This document shows positions 9,711 through 19,298 of a stretch of 64,000 nucleotides of DNA, piece by piece. The first letter of the stretch is position 1. Each line of letters starts with the position of its first letter. The position numbers and the translations under genes were made by a program. The notes beneath the pieces are model-generated. The model had not been told where the DNA came from. It did no database searches and saw only the letters and a list, made by a program, of their open reading frames with translations. The stretch is taken from the NCBI GenBank assembly GCA_965116495.1, contig OZ220696.1, forward strand, positions 32,001 through 96,000. The letters are read 5' to 3'. The stretch is from Gammaproteobacteria bacterium (GTDB lineage: Bacteria > Pseudomonadota > Gammaproteobacteria > Eutrophobiales > Eutrophobiaceae).

Positions 9711-12281
9711 ATGAAAATCAAAAATTGTTTATTTGCCGCGCTGGCAGCATCCATTGCTATCCCCGTCTACTCCCAGGGAACGTTGGAGGAAATTGTTGTA
9801 ACGGCACAACGCAGGGAACAGAGTCTCCAGGATGTACCTGTCAGTGTTACTGCATTCACCGGGGATACACTCGAAAACCTGAAGATTACTGAAGCTTCCC
9901 AGTATTTACAGATGACGCCGAACGTCAGTTACACCGAGGATGGGCAAGTCGGCGCCCGCGGTATCAGTATCGCAATGCGCGGTGTGAGTAACGTCAACAC
10001 GGACGAAAGCGCGTTCATCCAGTCGATCGGCGTTTACCTGGACGAGTTCAGTATATCGGCAGTTGCCAATGGAACGGCGAACCCGCAATTGCTGGACCTC
10101 GAACGGGTGGAAGTGCTGCGCGGGCCACAGGGTACTTATTTCGGTCGTAACTCGGTAGGGGGCGCACTGAATATTCAAACCAAACGGCCAGGTGACGAAT
10201 TCGGCTATAAAATCTTAGCCGGCGGGCATGGTTATGAGACGACAGGCTCCCAGTGGAATGCCGGAGCGATCGTGAACGTGCCCTTCAGCGACAATTTCAA
10301 GGCGAGAGCGGTGCTCTTTTATGAGGATAATTCCGGCATTGTGAAAAACATCGTCCCCGATGGCGGAGATAGTGGTCATGACTTTGTGATGGGCCGTATT
10401 AATGCCGAATTTACCCCTTCGGATGCGACGAGTATAAATGTCACGTTCATGCGCACGGTTGAAGAACAAGGCCTTGATGAAACGGTACCGGCCGGCGTCT
10501 GGGATACCGATACGGTCGCCACTTTCGGTCTTAACAGGCCGGACGGGGCAACTTTCAACACCGCCCAGGATGACGGCACGGGTTTCTGGCCCCATAACCG
10601 TGACAAGGTGGCGCATTCGGCAATCGGCGAGCGCAACGACAACAGTTCAACTATCAGCATTATCAATGTATCCCATCAATTAACGGATGAAATCACCATC
10701 AAGTCGATTACCGGTCGAATCGATACAGAAAATGAAAAGATATTCGACAATGACCTGGTGCCTGAAGACCTGGTGAATCGTTACCAGTCAAGGGAAGCCG
10801 AGTCCTGGAGTACCGAGTTGAGGGTTGAGTTTTCCAATGAACAGTTCGACTGGGTTAGCGGATTTCTGTACGCGGAGGACAGGATAGAGGATGTCCCGCT
10901 GGAGGGCACTCCCGGTGGTGGTATCGGCGTTGTTACCGGTGTGACTACGGCCGTGGACGGTGGTGAATTTCTCGGACCGGTACCGGGTGGAAACCCCAAT
11001 GCGCCAATAGTAATGCCGGGTGTGGTGGATTTTGCTCTGACGGGAGCGCTTCCACCTTTGTTTGATTTATCTGGTGGCGCAGTTCCGGGAGGTCTTCATC
11101 TCTGGCATTTCGTAGGTGGTGGCACACCTGACGGGCAACCACCGCTTTGCTTGGGTTGTGGTCTGAGGAAATTGCACAATGACAGTTGGTCAATATTCTC
11201 CGATATCACCTGGCATGCCACCGAACAACTGGACCTGACGGTTGGTTTTCGTTACACGGAAGATGACATATCGGCAAGCACCAGGAGGATTGGATTGGTC
11301 CGGAAACCGAGACTTGCGGATATGCCGGTATTTTCAAATGGCGACACCTTCGATGATTTTACCCCGCGCTTCTCCGTCGGCTGGCAGGCGACCGACGATA
11401 TGAGGTTGTATGGCACCGTGTCGAGAGGCTACAAGGCAGGGGGGTATACGCTTGATTTCAATTCGGCCGACGGGGCGCCCAACAGAGGAATAGTCAATGA
11501 GAAATTTGACGAAGAGACACTCTGGAATTACGAGATAGGTCTCAGGTCGGAATGGCTGGACCGCAGACTGAGGCTGAATATTTCAGCATTTTATCTCGAA
11601 TGGGATAACCTGCAGTTACAGACATTTTTCTTCACGGTACCTGGTGACGCCACATCAAATATTCAGAAGACCATCAACGTGGGTGAAGCGGAGGCAAAAG
11701 GCTTCGAAGTGGAACTGGCCGCTGCCCCTGCTGAACGCTTCCTGATCACCGCAGGGCTGGGTTACGCCGATACGGAAATAAACAGTGATGACTATGCAAG
11801 TATCAGCGGGAACCTGAGGGTATCTCTGAAAGACCATCCCTTGCCCCGTTCCCCAGAGTGGACCTGGAATATGGCGGCGGAATACAGTTGGCCCTGGGAC
11901 GGTAACGAGATGTATATCCGCGGTGAGTGGATTTACCGGGACAGCCAGTTCTCCACTATCGAAGATGTCACTTATCGTCAGACCAGCGGCGTGGCCGTGC
12001 CTGGTAACCCGTTATTGCCGGCTACCGGAGATAACGTCATAGCAGTTATACCGGATCGTTCGGACGGTTTTCCGTTTCGTTCACCGGATTATCACCTGGT
12101 CAATATCAGGGCCGGAGCTATCATCAATGAAACCTGGGAGTTCAACGTCTACGTGAATAACGTATTTGACGAGGAATATTATACGGGTACGGGCGAGAAC
12201 TTCGGGTTGAGCGGATTCCGGTTGCGTCCGCATCCGCGCTATTTCGGCGGCGGTGTCAGTTACAGTTTTGGCGGTATCTGA
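9711..12281 (+). CDS. TonB-dependent receptor
   Basis: Signal peptide; LEEIVVTAQRREQSLQDVPVSV; LERVEVLRGPQGTYFGRN plug motif; C-terminal beta strand GVSYSF; ATG 9711 follows GAGG. Confidence 0.95.
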   Translation: MKIKNCLFAALAASIAIPVYSQGTLEEIVVTAQRREQSLQDVPVSVTAFTGDTLENLKITEASQYLQMTPNVSYTEDGQVGARGISIAMRGVSNVNTDESAFIQSIGVYLDEFSISAVANGTANPQLLDLERVEVLRGPQGTYFGRNSVGGALNIQTKRPGDEFGYKILAGGHGYETTGSQWNAGAIVNVPFSDNFKARAVLFYEDNSGIVKNIVPDGGDSGHDFVMGRINAEFTPSDATSINVTFMRTVEEQGLDETVPAGVWDTDTVATFGLNRPDGATFNTAQDDGTGFWPHNRDKVAHSAIGERNDNSSTISIINVSHQLTDEITIKSITGRIDTENEKIFDNDLVPEDLVNRYQSREAESWSTELRVEFSNEQFDWVSGFLYAEDRIEDVPLEGTPGGGIGVVTGVTTAVDGGEFLGPVPGGNPNAPIVMPGVVDFALTGALPPLFDLSGGAVPGGLHLWHFVGGGTPDGQPPLCLGCGLRKLHNDSWSIFSDITWHATEQLDLTVGFRYTEDDISASTRRIGLVRKPRLADMPVFSNGDTFDDFTPRFSVGWQATDDMRLYGTVSRGYKAGGYTLDFNSADGAPNRGIVNEKFDEETLWNYEIGLRSEWLDRRLRLNISAFYLEWDNLQLQTFFFTVPGDATSNIQKTINVGEAEAKGFEVELAAAPAERFLITAGLGYADTEINSDDYASISGNLRVSLKDHPLPRSPEWTWNMAAEYSWPWDGNEMYIRGEWIYRDSQFSTIEDVTYRQTSGVAVPGNPLLPATGDNVIAVIPDRSDGFPFRSPDYHLVNIRAGAIINETWEFNVYVNNVFDEEYYTGTGENFGLSGFRLRPHPRYFGGGVSYSFGGI

Positions 12282-12306
12282 TACCTGCGCATCGTTTAAT
12301 ATTCAG

Positions 12307-12341
12307 CCCTTACCGGCATGACGGCCGGTAAGGGTTTTTTT
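12307..12341 (+). terminator. Rho-independent terminator
   Basis: CCCTTACCGGC-ATGACG-GCCGGTAAGGG followed by T7. Confidence 0.9.
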
Positions 12342-12386
12342 CGCGGCTATGGAAGCTGAGACCATTATTTCATCCCGGAGAATTCA

Positions 12387-12896
12387 ATGAATAGAATAAT
12401 CGCGACATTGGTTTTCCTGTGTATGCCGCACGTATTCTGTATTGCTCAGGAACGATCAAACATGAACACTGAAATTGATCAACACTCTTATCGTTTAGGC
12501 GGCCTGTCAACCTTCGCGGAAATGGTCAGAGTCGGCGTCAAAACCCTCGCCCTGAGCGCGGCCATGACGCCCGATGAAATGAATGATTTCGTGGGTGGTG
12601 CAGAGCGCATCGCTCAGGAAGAAGGCGTAATGCTCTATCGCGAGACGGATTTGATCGTCACCGACCTGTTCCCTGCCGACGTCGCTGAAGGCAAGCATGT
12701 GCTGTTGATCTACCAAGGCACAACCCTGGATGAGTACCTGGCGCTTAAGAAGAGAATATCTGAATTAGTGGAAACAGGTTCTTATGCGGGTGAGGCGCGC
12801 CGGGACATAGCCAGAGAGTTCGGGAAACTGCTCAGTTATCCCGATGCTGTTGTCGAAAAGATGATAGATAAAAACCTCGGGACGTCCACGCGCTGA
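12387..12896 (+). CDS. Hypothetical exported protein
   Basis: GGAG RBS, signal-peptide-like N-terminus, 169 aa; no family recognised. Confidence 0.7.
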   Translation: MNRIIATLVFLCMPHVFCIAQERSNMNTEIDQHSYRLGGLSTFAEMVRVGVKTLALSAAMTPDEMNDFVGGAERIAQEEGVMLYRETDLIVTDLFPADVAEGKHVLLIYQGTTLDEYLALKKRISELVETGSYAGEARRDIAREFGKLLSYPDAVVEKMIDKNLGTSTR

Positions 12897-12933
12897 TAGC
12901 AGTCGTTCAACTCACTATCGGATACGTTTGCTG

Positions 12934-13416
12934 TCATGGAATCGGCAGGTACAGGGAGAACGGATTATCAGCAAAGGCAATAAATCCAAAATGCTCATAA
13001 AATGATTTTGCTTTTGTGTCCTTGGCGTCTGCGATCAGGGCGTATGCGGCCACTTCTCGTCTTGCCCGCAGACAGCGGTCTACCGCGCAACCCAGTAAGC
13101 GTTTCCCCATACCCCGGCCCTGGATATTTTGTCGAAGCGCGAACCGTCCCATACGAAAACAAGGGACAGGGTAGCGTGGTAGATGCTTTCTTTCCGGCTC
13201 TGATATCTGGTCTATCTCAATATGGGCAGCGCTCAGCGTGTAATAGCCGAGGACCTCGGCCGGCTTATCGGTATCAACCAGAACATAGAGTTGAGATAGA
13301 TTACGCCTGCGGTCCTGAGTCGCATATCGCGTAAGATAATCGTTCAGTTGGGGCGTTCCACAATCAAAATCGGCACAGTTATGGAGTTGGGAATCAAGCG
13401 GCTGTTCTTCAAGCAC
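12934..13416 (-). CDS. GNAT-family toxin (TacT/AtaT-like)
   Basis: FDCG...LNDYL, GYYTL, PRYPVP...GR.A, QGRGMG, DAK...A.SFYEHFGF. Confidence 0.9.
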   Translation of the reverse strand: MLEEQPLDSQLHNCADFDCGTPQLNDYLTRYATQDRRRNLSQLYVLVDTDKPAEVLGYYTLSAAHIEIDQISEPERKHLPRYPVPCFRMGRFALRQNIQGRGMGKRLLGCAVDRCLRARREVAAYALIADAKDTKAKSFYEHFGFIAFADNPFSLYLPIP

Positions 13417-13681
13417 GATTTACGTCCTTGCGTGCCGTAGCCAGCGCTTCCTGCAGGGGCTTGTTGGGAGTAAAAGCCTGGTTTAAAGCTGTACTGAACG
13501 CACCGAAATCCCGCCGGGTCAGAACCAGTCTGGCCTCTTGATCAATAACCTCCCGCGCTTTTTCTTTTGCGGCAGCACGCACAAATCCCGCCATAGTGGT
13601 GCCCATCAGGGTTGCAGCCTCGGCAAACATATCCTTGTCTTCTTTATCCAGTTTCAGGTCAAAGCGAGCTAACGTTGTCAT
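13409..13681 (-). CDS. DUF1778 ribbon-helix-helix antitoxin (TacA/AtaR-like)
   Basis: ARFDLKL..EDK.MF.EAA.LMG.TMAGFV..AA; PNKPLQEAL; overlaps the toxin start. Confidence 0.9.
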   Translation of the reverse strand: MTTLARFDLKLDKEDKDMFAEAATLMGTTMAGFVRAAAKEKAREVIDQEARLVLTRRDFGAFSTALNQAFTPNKPLQEALATARKDVNRA

Positions 13682-13723
13682 TACAATCTCCCCGGATTCG
13701 AAGTGCTGTATTTATATCTATAG

Positions 13724-13758
13724 ATACGGTATTTTACCGTATTAAAGAGGTGTGTCAA
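13724..13758 (-). promoter_or_regulatory. TA promoter with palindromic operator
   Basis: Minus strand TTGACA (13758-53), 16-bp spacer, TAAAAT (13736-31); perfect inverted repeat ATACGGTA-TTT-TACCGTAT (13724-42) covers the -10. Confidence 0.72.
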
Positions 13759-13767
13759 TACTCACTG

Positions 13768-14397
13768 CTACGACAACAAAGAACGTGTAATTCGTAGTAT
13801 GGTTTTTTTGAGGCATTCCCAGTCTGCAGCTTCAACCAGTTCTGCCGGTGCCAGCCAACTTCCGCCTACGCAGAACACGTTTTCCAGTTTAAGGTAATCC
13901 CCGGCATTGTCTGCATTCAGGCCGCCGGTAGGGCAGAACCTGATTTCGGGGAACAGTTCCCGGAACATGCGCAGGGCCCCGATGCCGCCTGCCGACTCTG
14001 CCGGGAAAAACTTCAGGTAACCTAATCCCATTTCCCGGGCAGCCATGACCTCTGATACGGTGCTGACACCTGGCAGATACGGCATGTCCAGTTTTCCGGC
14101 AGTATTGACCAGGCGTTCCGTCATGCCCGGGCTGACACAGAACCGGGCGCCTGCCTCCTTTGCCCGCTGCAGTTGTCCGAGAGAGGTGACCGTGCCGAAG
14201 CCCACGTGCATACCGGGGCATTCGTTGATTACGTTTTCAGCAGCCTTGAAAGCGCTTTCCGTTCGCAGGGTAATCTCGATGAAATGGATGCCGCAATCCT
14301 GTAACGTCCGGGCCAGGGACACTGCCCGGTCCGGGTTGTCTATGGTGCAGACGGGAAGAATACTGCCCGCAGGGATAATGTCCGTGATGGATGCCAT
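13768..14397 (-). CDS. eda: KDPG/KHG aldolase
   Basis: IEITLRT, GTV, VSPG, LKFFPAE..GG, FCPTGG, VGGSW. Confidence 0.95.
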   Translation of the reverse strand: MASITDIIPAGSILPVCTIDNPDRAVSLARTLQDCGIHFIEITLRTESAFKAAENVINECPGMHVGFGTVTSLGQLQRAKEAGARFCVSPGMTERLVNTAGKLDMPYLPGVSTVSEVMAAREMGLGYLKFFPAESAGGIGALRMFRELFPEIRFCPTGGLNADNAGDYLKLENVFCVGGSWLAPAELVEAADWECLKKTILRITRSLLS

Positions 14398-14450
14398 GTT
14401 AATCGCTTAAACTATACTGTCCTGATGATTTTAACCTATTAACGGCAAAA

Positions 14451-15413
14451 ATGATTAACTGGACAATCAGCGGACCTGCCAGGGTCGCGGCAATCGGTGA
14501 ATGCATGATCGAGCGCAGCACCGGTGCTTCCTATGAAGCCTCTGCGTTATTTTCAGGCGATACGCTCAATACGCTGACCTACGCAGCAAGATTGCTCGGC
14601 AAGGACAGGGCAGACCTGTTTTATATCACTGCGGTTGGGGAAGATGAGGACAGTAGCGCCATGCTGGCGGCCTGGGAGGCTGAAGGCATCAATACGGGGT
14701 TTGCCAGGCGTTTACGGGATAAATTACCGGGCAGCTACACCATCGCAACCGGACCGGGCGGAGAGCGCCGTTTCGATTACGACCGGGGCAGGTCCGCTGC
14801 GCGTGAGTTGTTCAGGGATGATTTTGCTGCGAGCCTGCAAGATTCCCTGAAAGCGTTTCACGTGGTTTATTTATCCGGCATATCGTTCGCCATACTCAAT
14901 AATGAATATCGGGAGATCCTGCTCGACTTATTGAAATCCTTGCGCCAGGCAGGCGTTATCATCGTGTATGATCCGAATTACAGGGCTGCATTATGGAAGT
15001 CCCCCCGGGACGCGAGGGACTGGGCCGAACGTATCTACCGCGAAGCCGATGCAGCCTTGCCCGGTTTTGACGATGAGGAAGTGCTATTCAATGATGCCAC
15101 ACCGGAACATACCTGTGCCCGCCTGGCTGACCTCGGGCTTACGGAGATCGTTGTGAAAAACGGTCCATCTCCTTGTACGGTGGCAACAGGAAAGGATATC
15201 AGCCGCTTTCCGGTAACGGGACAGAACCGGGTCGTTGACACCACTGCCGCGGGAGACTCCTTTAATGCCGGGTATATTTCGGCGCGCCTGTGCGGCAGTG
15301 ACATCGCCACCTCTGTCCGGGCAGGGCAATCACTGTCAGAACTTGTCATCCAGTATCCCGGCGCCATTATTCCCCGGGATGCCATGCCGTCATTACCTGA
15401 ACTGGTTATCTGA
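14451..15413 (+). CDS. kdgK: 2-keto-3-deoxygluconate kinase (PfkB family)
   Basis: IGECMIE, GDTLNT, DPNYR..LW, VVDTTAAGDSFNAG, IQYPGAIIP. Confidence 0.9.
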   Translation: MINWTISGPARVAAIGECMIERSTGASYEASALFSGDTLNTLTYAARLLGKDRADLFYITAVGEDEDSSAMLAAWEAEGINTGFARRLRDKLPGSYTIATGPGGERRFDYDRGRSAARELFRDDFAASLQDSLKAFHVVYLSGISFAILNNEYREILLDLLKSLRQAGVIIVYDPNYRAALWKSPRDARDWAERIYREADAALPGFDDEEVLFNDATPEHTCARLADLGLTEIVVKNGPSPCTVATGKDISRFPVTGQNRVVDTTAAGDSFNAGYISARLCGSDIATSVRAGQSLSELVIQYPGAIIPRDAMPSLPELVI

Positions 15414-15435
15414 AACCAAATACTGAAAACTGACG

Positions 15436-16806
15436 ATGCATTCCAGCCCACAGCCCATCAAGACTTGGTCGTCCAGGCTGACGTTCCTGTGCGCAACGGT
15501 CGGCGCGTCCATCGGCCTGGGGAATCTATGGCGTTTTCCCTACGTTGCTGGTGAAAACGGTGGCGGCGCCTTCATCATCGTATACCTGGCCATCATCCTG
15601 TTATTATGCGTGCCCCTGATCATGGTCGAACTGGCCATGGGCCGACGCGGCGGCAAAAGTCCGGTGATGACGATGGTGAGTCTGTGCAAGGAGGGTAACC
15701 ATCATGGTTTCTGGAAGATCATCGGCTGGTTGAGCGTCATCTCGCCGGTTTGCGCCCTGTGTTTTTATGCCGTCGTCGCCGGCTGGTCCCTGGATTACGC
15801 GTTCCATGCCTTGCGCGGCGTTTTTGTTTCCATCGCACCCGTGGATGCTGAAGGACAGTTTGAAAGACTGCTTGCCTCTCCTTACCGGATGACACTCTGG
15901 TATTCCATATATATTGCGGGAACTGTCTGGGTAATTGGCATGGGCGTCAAGCGCGGTATAGAGACGGTAACCACGTTCATGTTGCCGACATTATTCATCA
16001 TGATAGTCATGTTGGTTATATATGGACACATCGAAGGTTCGCCCGCCCGGGCCTGGCAATTCATGTTCACTCCGGATTTCTCCAGCCTCACCTGGAGAAG
16101 CCTGCTGATGGCCCTGGGGCAGGCCTTGTTTTCCATCACCGTCGGCACCGGCGCGCTGCTGACATATGGCGCCTATTTATCCAAAGATATCTCCCTGCCC
16201 GGACCCTCCTGGTTGATTGCAATCAGCGATACCATGGCGGCCATGTTGGCCGGGCTGGCCATTTTTCCCATTGTGTTTGCTTCCGGACTGGACCCGGCAG
16301 GCGGGCCCGGTCTGATGTTTATTACCTTGCCGGTTGCCCTCGGGGGCATGCCGGCCGGCCATTTTTTCAGCGTGATATTTTTTGTGTTGTTATTTTTTGC
16401 TGCTTTTACATCATCCCTGGCCATGCTGGAACCCTTTGTCTCATTCATGGAAGACAAGGGGTATAAACGTTTTACGATGTCGGTGATCAGCGGTTCGGTG
16501 ATCTGGCTCGTCGGCCTGACTGCCGTACTGTCATTCAACGTAATAAAGGATTTCAAGCCGCTGTCATTTATCCCTCTTTATGACGGCAAAGGCATGTTCA
16601 ATATAATTGAATTCACGGTGTCGAATATCATGCTGCCGCTGACCGCGTTGCTGATAGCATTGTTTGCCGGCTGGGTTATGTCCGGCAGGTTGTTACGGGA
16701 GGAAATGGGTATCAGGAACGATGTGGCTTTTCAAACCTGGCGCGTGCTTACCCGCTATGTTGCTCCAATCGGGGTTGGCTGCGTGCTGGTATTCGGTTTA
16801 ATGTAA
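15436..16806 (+). CDS. Sodium-dependent transporter (NSS/SNF family)
   Basis: WSSR..F...VGASIGLGNLWRFPY.AGENGGGAF; multiple TM segments. Confidence 0.93.
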   Translation: MHSSPQPIKTWSSRLTFLCATVGASIGLGNLWRFPYVAGENGGGAFIIVYLAIILLLCVPLIMVELAMGRRGGKSPVMTMVSLCKEGNHHGFWKIIGWLSVISPVCALCFYAVVAGWSLDYAFHALRGVFVSIAPVDAEGQFERLLASPYRMTLWYSIYIAGTVWVIGMGVKRGIETVTTFMLPTLFIMIVMLVIYGHIEGSPARAWQFMFTPDFSSLTWRSLLMALGQALFSITVGTGALLTYGAYLSKDISLPGPSWLIAISDTMAAMLAGLAIFPIVFASGLDPAGGPGLMFITLPVALGGMPAGHFFSVIFFVLLFFAAFTSSLAMLEPFVSFMEDKGYKRFTMSVISGSVIWLVGLTAVLSFNVIKDFKPLSFIPLYDGKGMFNIIEFTVSNIMLPLTALLIALFAGWVMSGRLLREEMGIRNDVAFQTWRVLTRYVAPIGVGCVLVFGLM

Positions 16807-16859
16807 CCCGGCCCCAGGCTGTGGAATATCCGGACTGGCTGCCGTATTACGGCGCCTGT

Positions 16860-19151
16860 TCAGAACCTGAATGTATGTCCCAACCTGATCGTGACCTGTG
16901 TCTGGTCCGGGTCAAAGTGGCCGGGAAAATTGTTGCTTTTCATATCCGCAGTCTGGCCTACCGCGACAAATACTTCGGTTTCCGGCCGGGGAAACCAGCG
17001 GTACCTGGCTGAAAAGGAAAACCGGTCCGAAATGTTGTCGTACTGCATCTGGGTATCGATCTGCATGTCGGGAGTGAAATTGATACTGCCGTCCAGCGAG
17101 CCGATATGCACCGTCAGGTTTCCCGCCGGCAATTCAAATTTTTGCATGTTGTGCTTGGCGGTCAAACGGAAATGTTTGGACAGCCTGAATTCCAGTGAAT
17201 TGTCCAGCCCCAGGTAGTCTCCATCATAGAAGCGGCAGCACGTTAGGCCGAGATAGGCGATGACTTTTCTTGATCTTGAAGATACCAGTGAAACATCAAA
17301 CTGGTTGAAATGGTAATCTCCCACAGGGACCGGAAGCTCTCCGGCTATCAGGAAGGGTTGATTGATAACCTCCCGTAAATTATTGGCTTTAACCTTGAAT
17401 TCATCTTCACTTTGATTCCGGAATGCAGTAACCAGGGTGTAGTTATGGGTTTCAATGTTATTATCCAGGTCGGTAACAACATTGCCTATCACGCCGCCTT
17501 CCCACCACATAACCCAGCTGTCCTGAAACCGTTTCCTCCTGACATAGTCCCCGTTGTAATCACGGATACTGCGGCGGTTGACAAATCCCAGGGCAGGCTC
17601 AAACCGCTCTCCTATCTCCTTGCCGCTGATAAACCAGCGTAATAAATCATTCGGATAGCCCAGGAAAAATCCGAACATATCATCATCCTTTCCCGCTGCA
17701 GGCCCATGGACATCGTTGGAAAAACTGCGCTGGTAGAAAATATCGGCAAGAAAACGGCCCCGGTTGAACATGCTGGAGTTCTGGTACTGGAAGTCGACGC
17801 CCGCCAGGGTATTATTACCCGTGCTGTCCGGATCGCCATGCGTCAAAATCGCGCCTATACGGGATTCATCAAGTATGTCTGCCGACAACCTGGCGACGCT
17901 GAGGGTCTCCGCATCGATATTGTCCGAATTATCCATTCTTACACCCAGGGCGCCCACGTTCAGGTTGCCGACCCTGCCGGATATTTTTCCACCGGCGACG
18001 AGGTCGACGATTTCATCATTCACGATACCAATCTTGCGGGTAAAGAACGGCAATCCGTTTATGGCTGTGTTCGGCGGGGTCATAGCCCTGCCCCCGAACT
18101 CGAATATTGACCTGTCCTGGAGAAAGAAATCCCTGGTCTCGGGAAAAAACAATGAAAAGCGACCCGTATTTACCTGCCGTTCATCCAGGGGGGAATCGGA
18201 AAAATCCGTGTTAAGCGTCAGGATTCCCGTCAGTGACGGCGTTATCTTGTAGTAAATATTCCCGCTCGCCTCCGGGGTAAAACTGTCATCACGGGGACGC
18301 TGCATCCAGTCCCTTTCATAATCGATCTTACCGAACGCCTGCACGTCCAGGCCAAGGCCCCGGTTGGTATCCCGTATTCCGGAAAGTCTACCTATTTCCG
18401 AAACGTTCCAGGGGGGAAGGAATTGATCGATCTGGGACCATCTTACCGTCTCGTTCTTGTGGCGCATTTGCCGCATTATCTCGAACCCCCACTCATCGAC
18501 ACCGGGGTCAAACGAGATGCTGCGAAACGGGATTGCCATCTCCGCGGTCCAGCCATCATCCGTGCGCCTGGCCTCCACGTCCCAGATCGTATCCCACTCG
18601 GGGTAAAAGTTGCTGTTGTTTTCTATCAGCAAGTCCAACTGTGTGCCCAGGGAATTGACCATGAAGGCCATTGCGTCCCTGGCGCTGTTGTACGGATCCA
18701 GGTAAATGCGAATATTATCGTCCTGCCATAATTCGCGGTCCCGCTGCATAACGGTGGCCAGGATGTTATCCGGTTGTGAATCCCGGCAGTCAAATGCGAA
18801 ATACAGGTTATTTTCATCGTACGCCATGTAAACAACCGTGAGTTCGGAAGGCTTGGCGCCCCGGACCGGTATTGTCTGGTAAAACTTGTCTATACGGGTC
18901 GCTTTCGACCAGACAGGGTCGGAGATGTCGCCGTCGATTTTCGGCGCTTCGCTGCCGGCGATTCTTGCTATTTCAGTTTTGGGTTCATACTGCTGAAAAT
19001 CAATCGGTACGTCTTCTGCCTTCAACGGCAGACTTGTGATTACCGTAAGAATTACCAACCTGCCGACGAGAAGAGATTTCAGGCGCAAAAAAGACAAGCA
19101 AGGGCGCATCAAGCGCAGTCCGTAATGTCGAAAAAGTGAGAATACTACCAT
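16860..19151 (-). CDS. CBM9-like domain plus DUF5916-type outer-membrane protein
   Basis: PKIDGDISDPVW, YDENNLYF, GWTAEMAIPFRSI, NTDFSD...D..QVN.GRFSLFFPETRDFF; C-terminal F; start uncertain. Confidence 0.75.
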   Translation of the reverse strand: MVVFSLFRHYGLRLMRPCLSFLRLKSLLVGRLVILTVITSLPLKAEDVPIDFQQYEPKTEIARIAGSEAPKIDGDISDPVWSKATRIDKFYQTIPVRGAKPSELTVVYMAYDENNLYFAFDCRDSQPDNILATVMQRDRELWQDDNIRIYLDPYNSARDAMAFMVNSLGTQLDLLIENNSNFYPEWDTIWDVEARRTDDGWTAEMAIPFRSISFDPGVDEWGFEIMRQMRHKNETVRWSQIDQFLPPWNVSEIGRLSGIRDTNRGLGLDVQAFGKIDYERDWMQRPRDDSFTPEASGNIYYKITPSLTGILTLNTDFSDSPLDERQVNTGRFSLFFPETRDFFLQDRSIFEFGGRAMTPPNTAINGLPFFTRKIGIVNDEIVDLVAGGKISGRVGNLNVGALGVRMDNSDNIDAETLSVARLSADILDESRIGAILTHGDPDSTGNNTLAGVDFQYQNSSMFNRGRFLADIFYQRSFSNDVHGPAAGKDDDMFGFFLGYPNDLLRWFISGKEIGERFEPALGFVNRRSIRDYNGDYVRRKRFQDSWVMWWEGGVIGNVVTDLDNNIETHNYTLVTAFRNQSEDEFKVKANNLREVINQPFLIAGELPVPVGDYHFNQFDVSLVSSRSRKVIAYLGLTCCRFYDGDYLGLDNSLEFRLSKHFRLTAKHNMQKFELPAGNLTVHIGSLDGSINFTPDMQIDTQMQYDNISDRFSFSARYRWFPRPETEVFVAVGQTADMKSNNFPGHFDPDQTQVTIRLGHTFRF

Positions 19152-19298
19152 AATCCATTGACAGCAAACCTGTTTCCGTTAGCAACAAGCGGCCTGGTGA
19201 GAAATCTGGGTTGAGGGTTGCAATAGATAACCGGTTTGCTTGTTTCAACCAACGGATGAAGATAACATAAATTCTGAAAGCGGATTGGACCGAGTTTA

